Virus record (IMG/VR): IMGVR_UViG_3300005259_000074
Span: 64,001 to 128,000 of that record
DNA: 64,000 bases
Source: a virus
Lineage: Duplodnaviria; Caudoviricetes
Direction: 5' to 3' (one strand)
The position numbers and the translations under genes are program-made. Under the pieces are notes generated by a model, which was not told where the DNA came from, ran no database searches, and saw only the letters and a program-made list of their open reading frames with translations. Positions 63,288-64,000 of this stretch are shown here, piece after piece (the first letter of the stretch is position 1; the number at the start of each line of letters is the position of its first letter).

Positions 63288-64000
63288 ATGAGCGACAAAG
63301 TAACAGTTCCCTACTACGGCAACTTCAGGGGGATAGTCATCTCTAACGACGATCCGCTTGTCAAAGGTCGTCTGAAGATATTTGTCCACGGCGTCTACCC
63401 AGAAGACTTCAAGGACAAGCCGGGAAAGCTCCCGTGGGCTGAGCCTGCTATGCCACTGGGTGGAGGCAGTTGGACCAACGAGAACTCCGGGATGAACTCC
63501 GAGACTGGGGTGACTACTATCCCCCATGCCGGGAACTCCGGATCTAATGGCGCGATACTATGGGTCTTCTTCGAACAGGGACAAGCTCAACGTCCTGTGT
63601 ACTTCGCTGCGTGTCAAGGCGGAGACGGTTGGCTCAGCGAGCACAAAAACCAACACGTCATGAAGACAGATAACGTCACCGTGAGGATCGACGAGAACCC
63701 GTCTCTTCCGACGGCTGTCAACCCAGCTCTGGTGTTCAAGTTCAGCTACGTCAAGACGCAAGTGGATTCTAATGGGACTAACTCTACCGTCAACCAGGAG
63801 TCTAGGCAGTTCAGCTCGTACGAAGCTGGAGAAGCTTGGATAGGGACTGTCGAATCAGCGTTAGAGGTGAACCAGAACATAACGTGGGACTGGGTGAGGC
63901 TGGCAGATTCTGGAGTCGAGAGGTCGTCGTGTAAGTTCGACAGTTACAACTCGAAGAACACCGCAGTCTCCATAGGCGACGACTCCAAGAGCCAGATGCC
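63288..64000 (+). CDS. Baseplate central spike (gp5/VgrG OB-fold), runs off the window
   Basis: FRGIVISNDDP..KGRLKIFVHGVY, LPWAEP, WVFFEQG...RPVYFA; TAAATA at 63276-63281. Confidence 0.9.
   Translation, partial: MSDKVTVPYYGNFRGIVISNDDPLVKGRLKIFVHGVYPEDFKDKPGKLPWAEPAMPLGGGSWTNENSGMNSETGVTTIPHAGNSGSNGAILWVFFEQGQAQRPVYFAACQGGDGWLSEHKNQHVMKTDNVTVRIDENPSLPTAVNPALVFKFSYVKTQVDSNGTNSTVNQESRQFSSYEAGEAWIGTVESALEVNQNITWDWVRLADSGVERSSCKFDSYNSKNTAVSIGDDSKSQM

Noticed and set aside
1-64000. Numerous 60-250 aa antisense or alternative-frame ORFs in the track (e.g. 914..1504, 19932..20501, 57064..57819)
   Set aside because: Shadows of coupled genes on the other strand or frame; the accepted set already tiles the sequence through stop/start overlaps.
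1-64000. Stop-codon reassignment (TAG to Gln) as in some jumbo phages
   Set aside because: Long genes are intact in code 11 and TAG ends genes exactly at expected termini (e.g. ALDDL-TAG at 29143).
1-64000. CRISPR array, tRNA or rRNA
   Set aside because: No regularly spaced direct repeats or cloverleaf signatures seen by eye; a tRNAscan/Infernal run would be needed to exclude atypical RNAs.

Overview
This 64-kb window is part of a large T4-like (myovirus, probably jumbo) phage genome in the standard genetic code. I found no tRNA, rRNA, CRISPR array or transposon. The right half carries T4-type morphogenesis genes: gp15-like tail completion, intein-containing portal, prohead protease, tail-tube-fold protein, gp26/gp51-like chaperones, tape measure, gp48/gp53/gp27-like baseplate and the start of gp5. 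An isolated tail sheath sits at 11.6-13.8 kb. A leftward, late-promoter-driven block holds glycosyltransferases, a deacetylase, methyltransferases and putative internal head proteins. The first 32 kb are dominated by about 65 (my count) translationally coupled, highly divergent Cys-rich miniproteins (60-130 aa), nearly all ending in the same [LIM]-[ED]-x-[LI]-COOH tail; the tail is also grafted onto unrelated proteins. A second family of six proteins begins MKxRxGF(V/I)SNSS(S/T)(S/T)SF and lies near a radical SAM/SPASM enzyme. A third set shares an MSKFEEL-type N-terminus and/or a GP[DE]GTHxxGxGxYG module. All family assignments come from reading motifs by eye; no database search was run. Many starts were corrected from the ORF track using stop/start overlaps and Shine-Dalgarno sites.
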